From: Myxococcota bacterium
GTDB taxonomy: Bacteria; Myxococcota_A; Bradymonadia; UBA7976; UBA1532
Direction of reading: 5' to 3'
Assembly: GCA_036337435.1 (NCBI GenBank)
Contig: JAYZEG010000030.1
Coordinates: 25,160-89,159, forward strand
DNA: 64,000 nucleotides
The position numbers and the translations under genes were made by a program. Under the pieces are notes generated by a model that had not been told where the DNA came from, made no database searches, and saw only the letters and a list, made by a program, of their open reading frames with translations. Below are positions 18,253-27,426 of this stretch, piece after piece (the stretch's first letter is position 1; each line of letters starts with the position of its first letter).

Positions 18253-19281
18253 CTATGGGAAAATGGCTGTGGCAGATAAACCGAGGGCTTCATCGTACCC
18301 GGCCATCAGGTTAAAACACTGGAGGGCTTGGCCCGATGACCCTTTGCACAGGTTATCTATGGCGGATTGAACCACCAATAAATCATCGGACTGAAAAAGA
18401 CCTATATGACAACGATTCGTACCTCGGACATGTCTTGGGTCCGGATGCTGTCCGTCTTGTAGCACCGAAATAAAGGTTTCAGCTGCATAAGCTGACTCAT
18501 AGACATGCCTTACATCGGCCAGAGCGATATCTGGTTTCAGGCGCAAATACAAAGTAGAGAGTATGCCACGGATTGTCGGAACTAGATGAGGGATGAAGCG
18601 AACTGTCGGTCCTCCCAGATAGTGGCTCATTTCCGGCGCATGGCGATGCGTTAGGGTTTTGTACGCATGGAGGCCATCGGCGGTTTCCGGAAAGTGAGTT
18701 ACAGCCGATGGCGTTCGACCCGCACCACTGACACCCGATTTACAATCCGCAATCAGCTCGGAATCGCGAACGAGCCCCATGTTAAAGGCTGGAAATGCCC
18801 CCAGAATCACACTGGTTGGATAACAGCCAGGACAGCCGATGAGCTGCGCTTGAGGAATCAGGTCGCGGTTGAGTTCTGGTAACCCATACACGGTTTTTCT
18901 CAGTGAGTCTGGGTGACTATGCGGAGTGTAAATCTCGGCGTAGAGCTCTGGGTCACTGAATCGATGGTCTGCACTGAGATCGATGACGCGCACCCCCCGT
19001 TCCAACAATTGGGCTGTGGCATCTTGGGCCATACCGTGCGGCAAGCCGAGAAACGCAAACTCACATTCGGCCGCGATTAAATCCGCGTCGAACTTGACCA
19101 TTTGGGGGAGGTCTAAGCCCGAGAATGCCGGCGTAATATCTGAGACATCGCGGCCGGCCTGACGGCCGGCGCAGAGGATTCGTAGGTCGACATGAGGATG
19201 TCCGAGAAGCAGGCGAAGTGCTTCGGTGCCAGTGTATCCACTGGCACCGACCAATGCCACAGTGCGTTTCGGCGCGTCCAA
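18253..19281 (-). CDS. argC: N-acetyl-gamma-glutamyl-phosphate reductase
   Basis: 342 aa. Motifs: GASGYTGTEALRLL, PGCYPT, KGSSGQA. Confidence 0.9.
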   Translation of the reverse strand: MDAPKRTVALVGASGYTGTEALRLLLGHPHVDLRILCAGRQAGRDVSDITPAFSGLDLPQMVKFDADLIAAECEFAFLGLPHGMAQDATAQLLERGVRVIDLSADHRFSDPELYAEIYTPHSHPDSLRKTVYGLPELNRDLIPQAQLIGCPGCYPTSVILGAFPAFNMGLVRDSELIADCKSGVSGAGRTPSAVTHFPETADGLHAYKTLTHRHAPEMSHYLGGPTVRFIPHLVPTIRGILSTLYLRLKPDIALADVRHVYESAYAAETFISVLQDGQHPDPRHVRGTNRCHIGLFQSDDLLVVQSAIDNLCKGSSGQALQCFNLMAGYDEALGLSATAIFP

Positions 19282-19287
19282 ACCAGT

Positions 19288-19686
19288 TTAACGTTTCGAG
19301 AACTGGAATCGCTTACGGGCACCCGGCTGACCGTATTTCTTACGCTCAACTTCACGAGCATCACGGGTCACGTAGCCGGCTCTCTTGAGCGCGCCCCTGA
19401 ACTCGGCGTTGTACTCCATTAGCGCGCGAGTGATTCCATGTCGCATAGCACCAGCTTGGCCTGTGAGTCCGCCGCCCTTCACATTGACGAGGATGTCAAA
19501 ACTGTCCATCGTTTCCGTCAATTCTAATGGCTGTGTGACATGCTGACGACGACTACCGCCTGGAAGGTACTCTTCAAATGCTCGTCCGTTCACGGTAATG
19601 GTGCCGGTTCCCGGTCGAAGGTAAACGCGTGCGACGGCTGATTTACGACGCCCAACGGCGTGCCATTGTTGCTGATCTTGACTCAT
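19288..19686 (-). CDS. rpsI: 30S ribosomal protein S9
   Basis: 132 aa. Motifs: [10 protein letters not shown]...[10 protein letters not shown]...[17 protein letters not shown]. Confidence 0.95.
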   Translation of the reverse strand: MSQDQQQWHAVGRRKSAVARVYLRPGTGTITVNGRAFEEYLPGGSRRQHVTQPLELTETMDSFDILVNVKGGGLTGQAGAMRHGITRALMEYNAEFRGALKRAGYVTRDAREVERKKYGQPGARKRFQFSKR

Positions 19687-19823
19687 GTCCGTTCTCCAAC
19701 GGATGGTATGCGCCCAGCCTTTTGGCTGTTTTGAATCTGCCGAAGCAAACGGTTGTTCAAATAGCGCCTACACAGTGTGTTGCGAATTGAGGTCCCAAAA
19801 GCATCGAGACCAACCAAAATTAA

Positions 19824-20273
19824 TTAACTGATGACCGTGCCGAGATCGAGGATCTCAGCCTGCTGCGCAGTATGCGGATGCTCAGAGCCAACGTAGACTT
19901 TCAACTTCTTGAGTTGGGCTCGGCCGAGAGGCCCTCGCGCAAGCATCCCCTTGACGGCCTTGCGGATGATCTCTTCAGGATTTCGCTCCAGCATTTCCTT
20001 AGCGGTCGTCGACTTTAACCCTCCGACGAAACCGGTGTGGCGATAATATTTTTTATCAGCCCATTTTTGACCGGTGAATACGACCTGTTCCGCGTTGATC
20101 GCGATGATGAAATCACCGTCATCGATATGGGGCGTATAGGTTGCTTTATGCTTGCCTCGCAGAACGTGGGCAATGCGCGTTGCAGCACGGCCGACAGTTT
20201 GTCCAGCCAAGTCAACGACATACCACTTTCGGTCCGCTACGGCTTCAGCCGTGGTTGTGGATCGCGTATACAT
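19824..20273 (-). CDS. rplM: 50S ribosomal protein L13
   Basis: 149 aa. Motifs: [40 protein letters not shown]. Confidence 0.95.
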   Translation of the reverse strand: MYTRSTTTAEAVADRKWYVVDLAGQTVGRAATRIAHVLRGKHKATYTPHIDDGDFIIAINAEQVVFTGQKWADKKYYRHTGFVGGLKSTTAKEMLERNPEEIIRKAVKGMLARGPLGRAQLKKLKVYVGSEHPHTAQQAEILDLGTVIS

Positions 20274-20520
20274 CTTCGTACCTCTTGAAAATCGGTCTAG
20301 ACCACCTAGACTCGATAAAGTGAGCGCCGCTAATTACCTGACTGAGGGCCGCGGGTCAAGCAAAGCCGCCAGATCTGGACAAAAAAGTTCTTCATTTTCT
20401 AAAAAATACACTGAAAAGGGGCAAAGTTCTGCGGATCCAATGCGACGCTCTGTTGTCGAAAGCGCCTGGCGCTGGTATGGTCCGTCGCCAAACAACCCAA
20501 AAGATTGGAAAAGCCCGATT

Positions 20521-21615
20521 ATGGCTGCATTAGATCATTTAAAAAAGTGCATTGGACAGAGGATTGTCGTTGGCTTTGAAGGAACCAAGGTGCCCAGTGA
20601 ACTTCTTCGCCTAGACGAAGAATGGGGTATTGGTGGCTATTTGCTGCGCAAGGAAAACTACAGCGACTTCGAGCAGTTGATGAACCTCAATGAAGACCTA
20701 TGGACCCGCGGTCAGGGTACGCCACCATTCATTGGAATCAGTCAAGAAGGTGGCCTTGTGCACGAAGTGCCGGAGCCATTTACAGTATTCCCAGAGATGG
20801 CCCATATGGGTCAGGTAAGCTCCGTATCGGTCGCGTACGAGGTGGGTGCCGTTATCGGTCGTGAGTTAACAGCGACGGGATTTAATCTCAATTTTGCCCC
20901 TATGCTGGACCTGAATGTAAACACAGACAATCCCACCATCGGTCGGCGCGCGATCTCACCGGATCCCAACAAGGTATCGAACTTGGCACGGGCCGTGATC
21001 CGAGGGCTGCATGACAACTCGATTATCGCCTGCGGCAAATACTTTCCTGGTTTTGGGGACACCTATTACGCGTCCGACAATACCCTGCCGGAATGTGATT
21101 CATCATTAGAGCAACTCAAAGAGCTAGACGTCATGCCGTATCGAGCTCTGATCCAAAATCCACCGCATCTCGATATGGTCATGTCTGGTCATGTCATGTA
21201 TCCAAAAGTGGATCCTGAAAACCCTGCGACCTACAGCAGAACCATCCTTCACGATCTGCTGAGATTAGAAATCGGATTTAAAGGGCTAGTCGTAACAGAC
21301 GATCTCAGTGACCCACTGCTCAGGAAAACCATCGGACTGGAAACCGCGGTTGATCGATGCTTTGAATCGGGTGTTGACCTGATGATGGTCAGTGGAACAT
21401 TGGACGACCAGGTTCAAGTGTTGGAACAAATTCTGCGCATCGTGGAAAAAGAAAACTACCCCCATCACATGCTCGAAAGAAGCTTTCGTCGAGTTCGCGA
21501 TATCAAGGCACGGCACTTTAGAGTACTCAGAACCATCGACCGTCAGCACGCCCGGGAACTGGTCGGCAATCGAGAACATTTTCGAATCGCCCGCCGGTTG
21601 CGAGATGGCAAATAG
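20521..21615 (+). CDS. nagZ: Beta-N-acetylhexosaminidase (GH3, NagZ-like)
   Basis: Motifs: IGQRIVVGFEG, GFNLNFAPMLDLN, NPTIGRRAIS, KYFPGFGDT. Start is uncertain (ATG 20521 preferred; ATG 20440 possible). The first ~120 codons of ORF 20152.. overlap rplM antisense. Confidence 0.8.
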   Translation: MAALDHLKKCIGQRIVVGFEGTKVPSELLRLDEEWGIGGYLLRKENYSDFEQLMNLNEDLWTRGQGTPPFIGISQEGGLVHEVPEPFTVFPEMAHMGQVSSVSVAYEVGAVIGRELTATGFNLNFAPMLDLNVNTDNPTIGRRAISPDPNKVSNLARAVIRGLHDNSIIACGKYFPGFGDTYYASDNTLPECDSSLEQLKELDVMPYRALIQNPPHLDMVMSGHVMYPKVDPENPATYSRTILHDLLRLEIGFKGLVVTDDLSDPLLRKTIGLETAVDRCFESGVDLMMVSGTLDDQVQVLEQILRIVEKENYPHHMLERSFRRVRDIKARHFRVLRTIDRQHARELVGNREHFRIARRLRDGK

Positions 21616-21616
21616 G

Positions 21617-22276
21617 TCACGTTTTAAACCGCTTAATCAAGGTGCCGACATGGCCAAGCCACTGGGTCATGCGATCGGCGGTCGCTGCTGTAGGATAACC
21701 GATGAGCAAGCGAAGAATACTTTGGGCTGTTTCCGTCATTTTGATCAGGCTGCGAGCGCGACGTAAATTGTAGGTTTGCCCGACCGACTCACCGCCGAGT
21801 CGTTCTGCATCGACGACAAAACCTTCGAGAGCCTGACGAACGGTCTCCAGAAGCATCCACTCTCGACTCCGCAGAACGGAGGCAACCGTCGGCCAGAAAT
21901 CCGTGAGGGCGACATACGGAGAATTGCGGCTGGAATCAATCGAACGCACCAAACCTCGTTCAACAAGTTCAGCGATGACACCACTGACCAAGGATCGACT
22001 GACGCCCAAATATTGAGCGATTTGGACCTGAGCTAATGGATCCGTACTGAGAGCCAAAAGAGCCCAGACCCGGCCATGGATTCCCTTAAAGCCCCAGTAT
22101 TCGATGAAGTCGCCGATACTGTCACAGACTTCCAAGACGCGCCGGTTGATGATGACGGCAGCCCCGTCTGGCGTCTGATCTGACCCTTGCTTTGTCACTG
22201 TTGCCTTCGCTTGTTCGAGGATCACGTCGCGTGACCAAAAAACGCCAAATGTCACCCGTATTGATGTTTTTGACAA
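21617..22276 (-). CDS. GbsR/MarR-family winged-helix transcriptional regulator
   Basis: The stretch FIEYWGFKGIHGRVWALLALSTDPLAQVQIAQYLGVSRSLVSGVIAELVERGLV matches the GbsR-type pattern. It is divergent from menF. Confidence 0.75.
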   Translation of the reverse strand: MSKTSIRVTFGVFWSRDVILEQAKATVTKQGSDQTPDGAAVIINRRVLEVCDSIGDFIEYWGFKGIHGRVWALLALSTDPLAQVQIAQYLGVSRSLVSGVIAELVERGLVRSIDSSRNSPYVALTDFWPTVASVLRSREWMLLETVRQALEGFVVDAERLGGESVGQTYNLRRARSLIKMTETAQSILRLLIGYPTAATADRMTQWLGHVGTLIKRFKT

Positions 22277-22299
22277 TTCCGGGTAGTGTGAAGCATATA

Positions 22300-22321
22300 T
22301 TGTTCACAATATTGTGAACAA
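22300..22321. promoter_or_regulatory. Perfect 22-bp palindrome TTGTTCACAATATTGTGAACAA in the divergent regulator/menF promoter region (candidate operator)
   Basis: The sequence is its own reverse complement. It lies 24 nt from the regulator start and 57 nt from the menF start. Confidence 0.55.
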
Positions 22322-22377
22322 GTAAAATTGTGTAGCCCTTTTACCTGATAATCGCGCTCCAGCATCAGAGTGAGTCT

Positions 22378-23778
22378 ATGAGCAGCCAGACATCAGCTTA
22401 TTCCGGTAACGGACGGCAAGCTTTTGATGAGAGCATCTGGGCGGACGTGCGCGTGACCGCTTCGAAGACCGCTAAAAAAGTCCAATTCATCGGGGGTTTT
22501 AAGCACTCCGACGCCATCTTCAGGTGGTGCGATCAAGAGGCTGGACTCAAGGTCTTGGGCTTTGGATGTTTCGCGATTTCAACATCGGCAGATGCGTTCC
22601 AGCAGCCCTTGGAGTTTGTCATCGGTGGCGTGCATGTAGATGCCGACGATTTGTTTACATACATCAAAACAAAACTAGACGAGTCTCTATGGGCGATGCC
22701 CATCGGGTTCTTTGCACTGCGTTTTGATTCAGAGCGAGACAGTCAATCGAGCCTGTGGTGTGAGTGGCCGGCTGCAATCGTTCAAATTCCCGAACAGATC
22801 ATTGTCGAAAAAGAGGGCCGAGAGACAGTCGATATCAGATTTGAATTAGTCAGCCAGTCACATCCACTTGCCAATGGAAACAACAAATCCGTGACAACAC
22901 GCAGCGAGCGACAGTTCGAATGCACTCGCTGGAGTTCGAACCAAAAGTGGGACGAAGCCGAGGACAGCACTCATTTTCAGGACAGGGTGTTCGCCGTTGA
23001 GGCGGCCTGTCGCAATGAACTCGTTGATAAAATTGTTTTGGCTCGTAGTGCCAGTGTGCGCTGCGAACCACAGCAGAGCTTTTGTCCTCAGAAAACGTAC
23101 GACGCCCTCGTTGATAAACATCCGAAAACGACCGTCTTTTCCATCCGACGAGGCAGTCAGCATTTCATGGGAGCAACGCCCGAGACGCTCGTGAGGGTCA
23201 CGGGGTATGAAGTTACGACCCATGCGTTGGCTGGCACCGCGACCCATGATCCAGAGGCCATGCTGGTCGATGACAAAATACGAAGAGAACACGCCTACGT
23301 TGTCGGCGAGATTCAGTCGGGGCTCGAACCCCTGTGTGATGCATTGCAGATCGAACCGGCACCGAGCATTCGACCGGCCAATCATTTGTTTCATCTTCAA
23401 ACCAAGTTGGTCGGCGTCCCCAAGGCTGGGTATTCGATTTTCGACTTTGTTCGCGCGCTCCATCCGACGCCCGCGCTCTGCGGGTTGCCGAGACAAGATT
23501 CAATGTCGTGGTTACGGAAAACCGAACCTCTGGACCGTGGTTTTTTTGGCGGGCCCGTGGGTCTTTTCGATGCATCGGGCCAAAATGGGACCTGCGCTGT
23601 TGCAATTCGCTCGGGGTTGCTCGGCCTAAACCAAGCCGTTGGGTTCGCAGGCGCAGGCATCGTGAGCGGCTCGAATCCAGTGGAAGAGTGGACAGAAACG
23701 GAAGCGAAATTAGACGCGTTCAGGTCGGCTCTTCGCACGATGAAGCGGCCGGATTCAGAGGACGCGGTGCGACAATGA
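22378..23778 (+). CDS. menF: Isochorismate synthase
   Basis: 466 aa. The chorismate-binding C-terminus shows HPTPALCGLP, FFGGPVG, AIRSG, GAGIVSGSNPVEEWTETEAK. Context supports the call. Confidence 0.85.
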   Translation: MSSQTSAYSGNGRQAFDESIWADVRVTASKTAKKVQFIGGFKHSDAIFRWCDQEAGLKVLGFGCFAISTSADAFQQPLEFVIGGVHVDADDLFTYIKTKLDESLWAMPIGFFALRFDSERDSQSSLWCEWPAAIVQIPEQIIVEKEGRETVDIRFELVSQSHPLANGNNKSVTTRSERQFECTRWSSNQKWDEAEDSTHFQDRVFAVEAACRNELVDKIVLARSASVRCEPQQSFCPQKTYDALVDKHPKTTVFSIRRGSQHFMGATPETLVRVTGYEVTTHALAGTATHDPEAMLVDDKIRREHAYVVGEIQSGLEPLCDALQIEPAPSIRPANHLFHLQTKLVGVPKAGYSIFDFVRALHPTPALCGLPRQDSMSWLRKTEPLDRGFFGGPVGLFDASGQNGTCAVAIRSGLLGLNQAVGFAGAGIVSGSNPVEEWTETEAKLDAFRSALRTMKRPDSEDAVRQ

Positions 23779-25523
23779 ATACGGCAGCCCTGCGTCCGAT
23801 GAACCAAGCCTGGGCCAACGCATGGATCAGTGCAGCAATCATCGCTGAAATCGTCGAACAAGGCGTTAAACTCGCCGTTTTATCGCCAGGGTCACGCAAC
23901 ACACCCTTGGCCCTGGCACTGGCTGATTGCCCACAGGTTGAAGTTAAAGTGGTTCTCGATGAGAGGAGTGCCGGATTTTTTGCGCTGGGCGTCGCAAGAG
24001 CCAGCCAGCGACCCGTTGTCCTCGCCTGTACGTCGGGGAGCGCATTAGCCAATTATTATCCAGCGGTTGTCGAGGCTTTTCACAGTGAAATACCGCTTGT
24101 CTTGCTGACGGCCGATCGACCGAGTGAATTACAAGGTCGCGGTGCGCCGCAGACGATGAAACAGCCTGGTTTTTTTGGTTCATTCGCCAAAGTTTGTATG
24201 GCGATTGATGCGCCCGAGCCAGAGGCTCCGGTCAACCTGGATAGGTTAAGTGATCTTGGGTTTGCGATTCGCACGGCCAGAACAGCGCCGCAAGGACCCG
24301 TCCATGTGAATTGTGGTTTCCGGAAGCCATTGTGGGATCCGCAGACCGAACGGCAGGTCATCAAGGTTCCAAAAAGGGACTATGAGCAAATCATTCGGGA
24401 TACGACCGAGCAGATGACGGATGCTTTTGTTGACCTCGTGGCGCGTTCAACCAAGGGCGTATTTGTTTGCGGTCCAGACGCTTTTAAGTCGTCGGGTGAC
24501 GCGTCCAAATTATACGAGTTGGCGGACGGATTAGGGTGGCCGGTTCTTGCTGAAGCGTCGTCCGGAGCACGATATGGCCACTCACATTCGTCATTGTTCA
24601 CACACTATGACGCGGCATTCAGAACGCCTCATGCGATACCCGAACCCGACTGCATTGTCAGATTTGGTCGGGCTTGTACATCGCAGTGGCTCGCCAATTG
24701 GATCAGGGACTGTGAACATGCGGCTTGGATTGTCATTCATGATGGGCAAACATGCGTTGATCCAGAGCGACACCACGACCATTACTTCGAGGTGTCGCCG
24801 GCCATATTGGTGGACAAAGTTGTGGCGAGACGTTTTCGTACGGCAGCAGACCCCGATTGGTTAAGCCAATGGACCCAACTTGAGACAACGTGTCAATCGG
24901 CTTTGGACCGAGACGATTTAGACTTATTCTGGGAAGGCTCTGTCGCCTCGATCTGCGTAGAACACCAACCAAATGGGTCTGCGATTCATGTTGCCAATAG
25001 TATGCCGATTCGTGACCTGGACGCCTTTGGCGGTCGCACTGAGTCTGAGCTGACAATATTTGTGAATCGAGGCCTGAACGGAATCGATGGCACCATTGCC
25101 ACCGCAGTGGGTGAACAAGTTGGGCTGGCTGATGCGCGCCTGCTTCTACTCGTCGGAGATTTAGCGTTCCGACACGATGCCAATAGTCTTGCCTTGTGCC
25201 GTGATACCAAGCTCACGATCGTGGTCAATGATAATGGCGGCGGCCAAATTTTTCGATTTCTTCCAATCAGCGAACATAAACGGGTGTTCGAAGAGCTTTT
25301 CCTGACCCCGTCGAAAATCGAAGTGGAGGCTCTTTGTCGCGGCTACGGTCTGCGCTGCACGATCGTCGAGACAAACGATGAACTCAAAACTGCATTGGCG
25401 AACGAACAAGATAAAAGCGACTCGGGCGTCATCATCGCGCGCATTGACCCCGAATTAAATTACAAGCAGCACCACGCGATGTGGCAGCGCGTCCGAGACC
25501 AATTGGCCGAGTCAAGCCCATGA
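23775..25523 (+). CDS. menD: SEPHCHC synthase (ThDP-dependent)
   Basis: Start at MNTAALRPMNQAWANAW... overlaps the menF stop (ATGA). Motifs: SPGSRNTPLA, TADRP.EL...GAPQT, GLNGIDG, VNDNGGGQIF. Confidence 0.9.
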   Translation: MNTAALRPMNQAWANAWISAAIIAEIVEQGVKLAVLSPGSRNTPLALALADCPQVEVKVVLDERSAGFFALGVARASQRPVVLACTSGSALANYYPAVVEAFHSEIPLVLLTADRPSELQGRGAPQTMKQPGFFGSFAKVCMAIDAPEPEAPVNLDRLSDLGFAIRTARTAPQGPVHVNCGFRKPLWDPQTERQVIKVPKRDYEQIIRDTTEQMTDAFVDLVARSTKGVFVCGPDAFKSSGDASKLYELADGLGWPVLAEASSGARYGHSHSSLFTHYDAAFRTPHAIPEPDCIVRFGRACTSQWLANWIRDCEHAAWIVIHDGQTCVDPERHHDHYFEVSPAILVDKVVARRFRTAADPDWLSQWTQLETTCQSALDRDDLDLFWEGSVASICVEHQPNGSAIHVANSMPIRDLDAFGGRTESELTIFVNRGLNGIDGTIATAVGEQVGLADARLLLLVGDLAFRHDANSLALCRDTKLTIVVNDNGGGQIFRFLPISEHKRVFEELFLTPSKIEVEALCRGYGLRCTIVETNDELKTALANEQDKSDSGVIIARIDPELNYKQHHAMWQRVRDQLAESSP

Positions 25524-26419
25524 CTGCAAATCAAGGACATACCCTGACCAAGGCCCAGATCTGGGTGTCAGCGATTAGACCCGCAACATTATGGGCCGGT
25601 GCCGTGCCTGTTTTCGTTGGGGCAGCCTTAGCCGCGGCGGCTGGATACGGGCCTGGTACGAGTTCGATTTTGGCATTGGTCGGTGCGCTCTTAATCCAGG
25701 TCGGCACAAACCTGGTCAACGACTATGCGGATTTTAAAACCGGTGCAGATGGTCCAGACCGACTCGGTCCCAAGAGGGCAACCTCTGAAGGTTGGCTCAA
25801 ACCAAGACAGGTTCTCGCTGCCGCACTCATCACACTGCTATGCGCTGGGGCCGTTGGTGTCTATCTCAGTACAATCGGCGGGGCTCCAATCCTTGTTCTT
25901 GGGATCGTCAGCATCGTCTGTGCTGTCGCGTATACGGCAGGCCCTGTGCCACTGGCGTATGTGGGTTTGGGCGATGTCTTCGTGCTCGCTTTCTTTGGAG
26001 TCGCTGCCGTCGCGGGAACGTTTTACTTGGAGACAGGCTTTCTGGATGTTGGGTCGGTCATCGCAGGTCTCATCATCGGGGCTTTAGCCACGATGATTCT
26101 CGTCGTCAACAACCTTCGAGATCGTGTTGGCGACAAACGGGTCGGAAAGCGAACTCTGGCGGTCCGGTTTGGCCCTCGGTTTACTCGGATTCAGTATCTG
26201 GCTCTTTGTATCGCCGCGTACGCGCTGACCGTATATGGCGTTTATACAGAGCTGTTCAGCCAATGGACGTATTTGGTCGGTATGACCATCCCATTGGCTG
26301 TCTCAGAGTGCCGTGCTGTGTTGAAAAAAGATGGGCAGGACTTGAACCCCCATCTGGGTGGTGCTGCCAAATTAGAATTGGCGTTCGGTTTGTTGTTCTG
26401 CGTTGGAGTCGTCATATGA
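25520..26419 (+). CDS. menA: 1,4-dihydroxy-2-naphthoate polyprenyltransferase (UbiA family)
   Basis: Start MTANQG overlaps the menD stop (ATGA). Multi-TM protein with NLVNDYADFKTGAD and NNLRDRVGDKRVGKRTLAV. Confidence 0.9.
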   Translation: MTANQGHTLTKAQIWVSAIRPATLWAGAVPVFVGAALAAAAGYGPGTSSILALVGALLIQVGTNLVNDYADFKTGADGPDRLGPKRATSEGWLKPRQVLAAALITLLCAGAVGVYLSTIGGAPILVLGIVSIVCAVAYTAGPVPLAYVGLGDVFVLAFFGVAAVAGTFYLETGFLDVGSVIAGLIIGALATMILVVNNLRDRVGDKRVGKRTLAVRFGPRFTRIQYLALCIAAYALTVYGVYTELFSQWTYLVGMTIPLAVSECRAVLKKDGQDLNPHLGGAAKLELAFGLLFCVGVVI

Positions 26420-27426
26420 CGTTATCTGTCGACAGCATTCGCTTCAAACCATACGACGTCGACTTGGACCGGGCAGTTCGGAAGACTGTTTTTGGCGATA
26501 AGCCTCGCCGGTGTTGGCACGTTTGCACTCGGACCATCGAAGGACAGACCGGTTGGGGTGATATTGCTCCTTGGCCTGGATTTAGCGAGTCTGCAACCGA
26601 AATAGACCGTCGCATCCATCAACTTGAAACGTCTATCTCTCCGGTTCAATTCGAACAGATTGCGGACATGGAAATCTGGCTGGACGGGCTGGACTTGGAG
26701 CCTGTCATTCGCTTCGGACTCGAACTGTCATTTTTGGATCTGTTTGCTCAACAACGAGGCGTTCCGATTGCAGCACTTCTCGATCCAAACTATGCCACCG
26801 AACTGTCGATTCATGCGTTGGTGGACAGTGCTGAGACAGCCGTCAGCTCTGTTGAAGCGGGAGCGGACGCCATTAAAGTTAAACTCAGTGACACTTGGCG
26901 CAAAGACGTCGAACGCATTCGAGACATCCGACAGGCGGTTCCGCTGGCGAAAATTCGGATCGATGCCAACGGGGCGTGGCCGGAGCGGCTCGCGAAAAAA
27001 CGAGTCAGAGAGCTCAGCGAACTGGGTGTAGACATCATCGAACAACCTGTGTCAGGAGAAGATATTGACGGTTTAAAAGCGGTTGCATCAACCTGCGAGA
27101 TGACCCTCTCGGCTGATGAATCGGTTTGCGTCGATGCTGAGGCTGTCCTTGCCATTGACGCGCTCAATGAAATCGTTTTGAAACCCATGTATTTGGGTGG
27201 ACTCGTGCCCTCGTACGAACTGGCCCAGAAAGCCTATCGGCGTGGGTTGAAGGTCTGCGTCACTCACGCTCTGGAATCCAAAATCGGTCGAACTGGCGCA
27301 GCTCACCTAGCCGCCGCATCCGACGCGCTCAAGCCGGCAACCCATGGCATCTCCGGAGCCTGGAATCGGTCAGCAATGGAGATCATGGTGCCAAGAACCC
27401 CAGGCCTTGGAGTCTCCGTCCAATGA
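26416..27426 (+). CDS. menC: o-Succinylbenzoate synthase (enolase superfamily)
   Basis: Start MTLSVDSIRF overlaps the menA stop (ATGA). Motifs: IKVKL, RIDANGAW, IEQP, SADESV. Confidence 0.85.
   Translation: MTLSVDSIRFKPYDVDLDRAVRKTVFGDKPRRCWHVCTRTIEGQTGWGDIAPWPGFSESATEIDRRIHQLETSISPVQFEQIADMEIWLDGLDLEPVIRFGLELSFLDLFAQQRGVPIAALLDPNYATELSIHALVDSAETAVSSVEAGADAIKVKLSDTWRKDVERIRDIRQAVPLAKIRIDANGAWPERLAKKRVRELSELGVDIIEQPVSGEDIDGLKAVASTCEMTLSADESVCVDAEAVLAIDALNEIVLKPMYLGGLVPSYELAQKAYRRGLKVCVTHALESKIGRTGAAHLAAASDALKPATHGISGAWNRSAMEIMVPRTPGLGVSVQ

Noticed and set aside
19687-19823. Unusually long (137-nt) spacer between rplM and rpsI
   Set aside because: I found only weak 5-bp stems (for example CAGCC-AAAA-GGCTG) and no ORF, repeat or recognisable motif. 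It is noted but there is nothing to support a feature.
20331-20359. Sigma-70-like promoter TTGACC-N17-TAATTA (minus strand) upstream of rplM
   Set aside because: The -35 is good but the -10 matches only TA of TATAAT. It is mentioned in the rplM leader finding but not listed as a feature.
23508-23774. N-terminal 89 codons of the 671-aa ORF 23508..25523
   Set aside because: This stretch overlaps the well-conserved C-terminus of MenF in another frame and is Arg-rich. MenD homology starts at MNTAALRP (23775).
25792-26415. N-terminal 208 codons of the 544-aa ORF 25792..27426
   Set aside because: This stretch is out of frame inside menA and is extremely Arg/Cys/Trp-rich (typical off-frame translation). 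The real MenC starts at the ATGA-coupled ATG at 26416.
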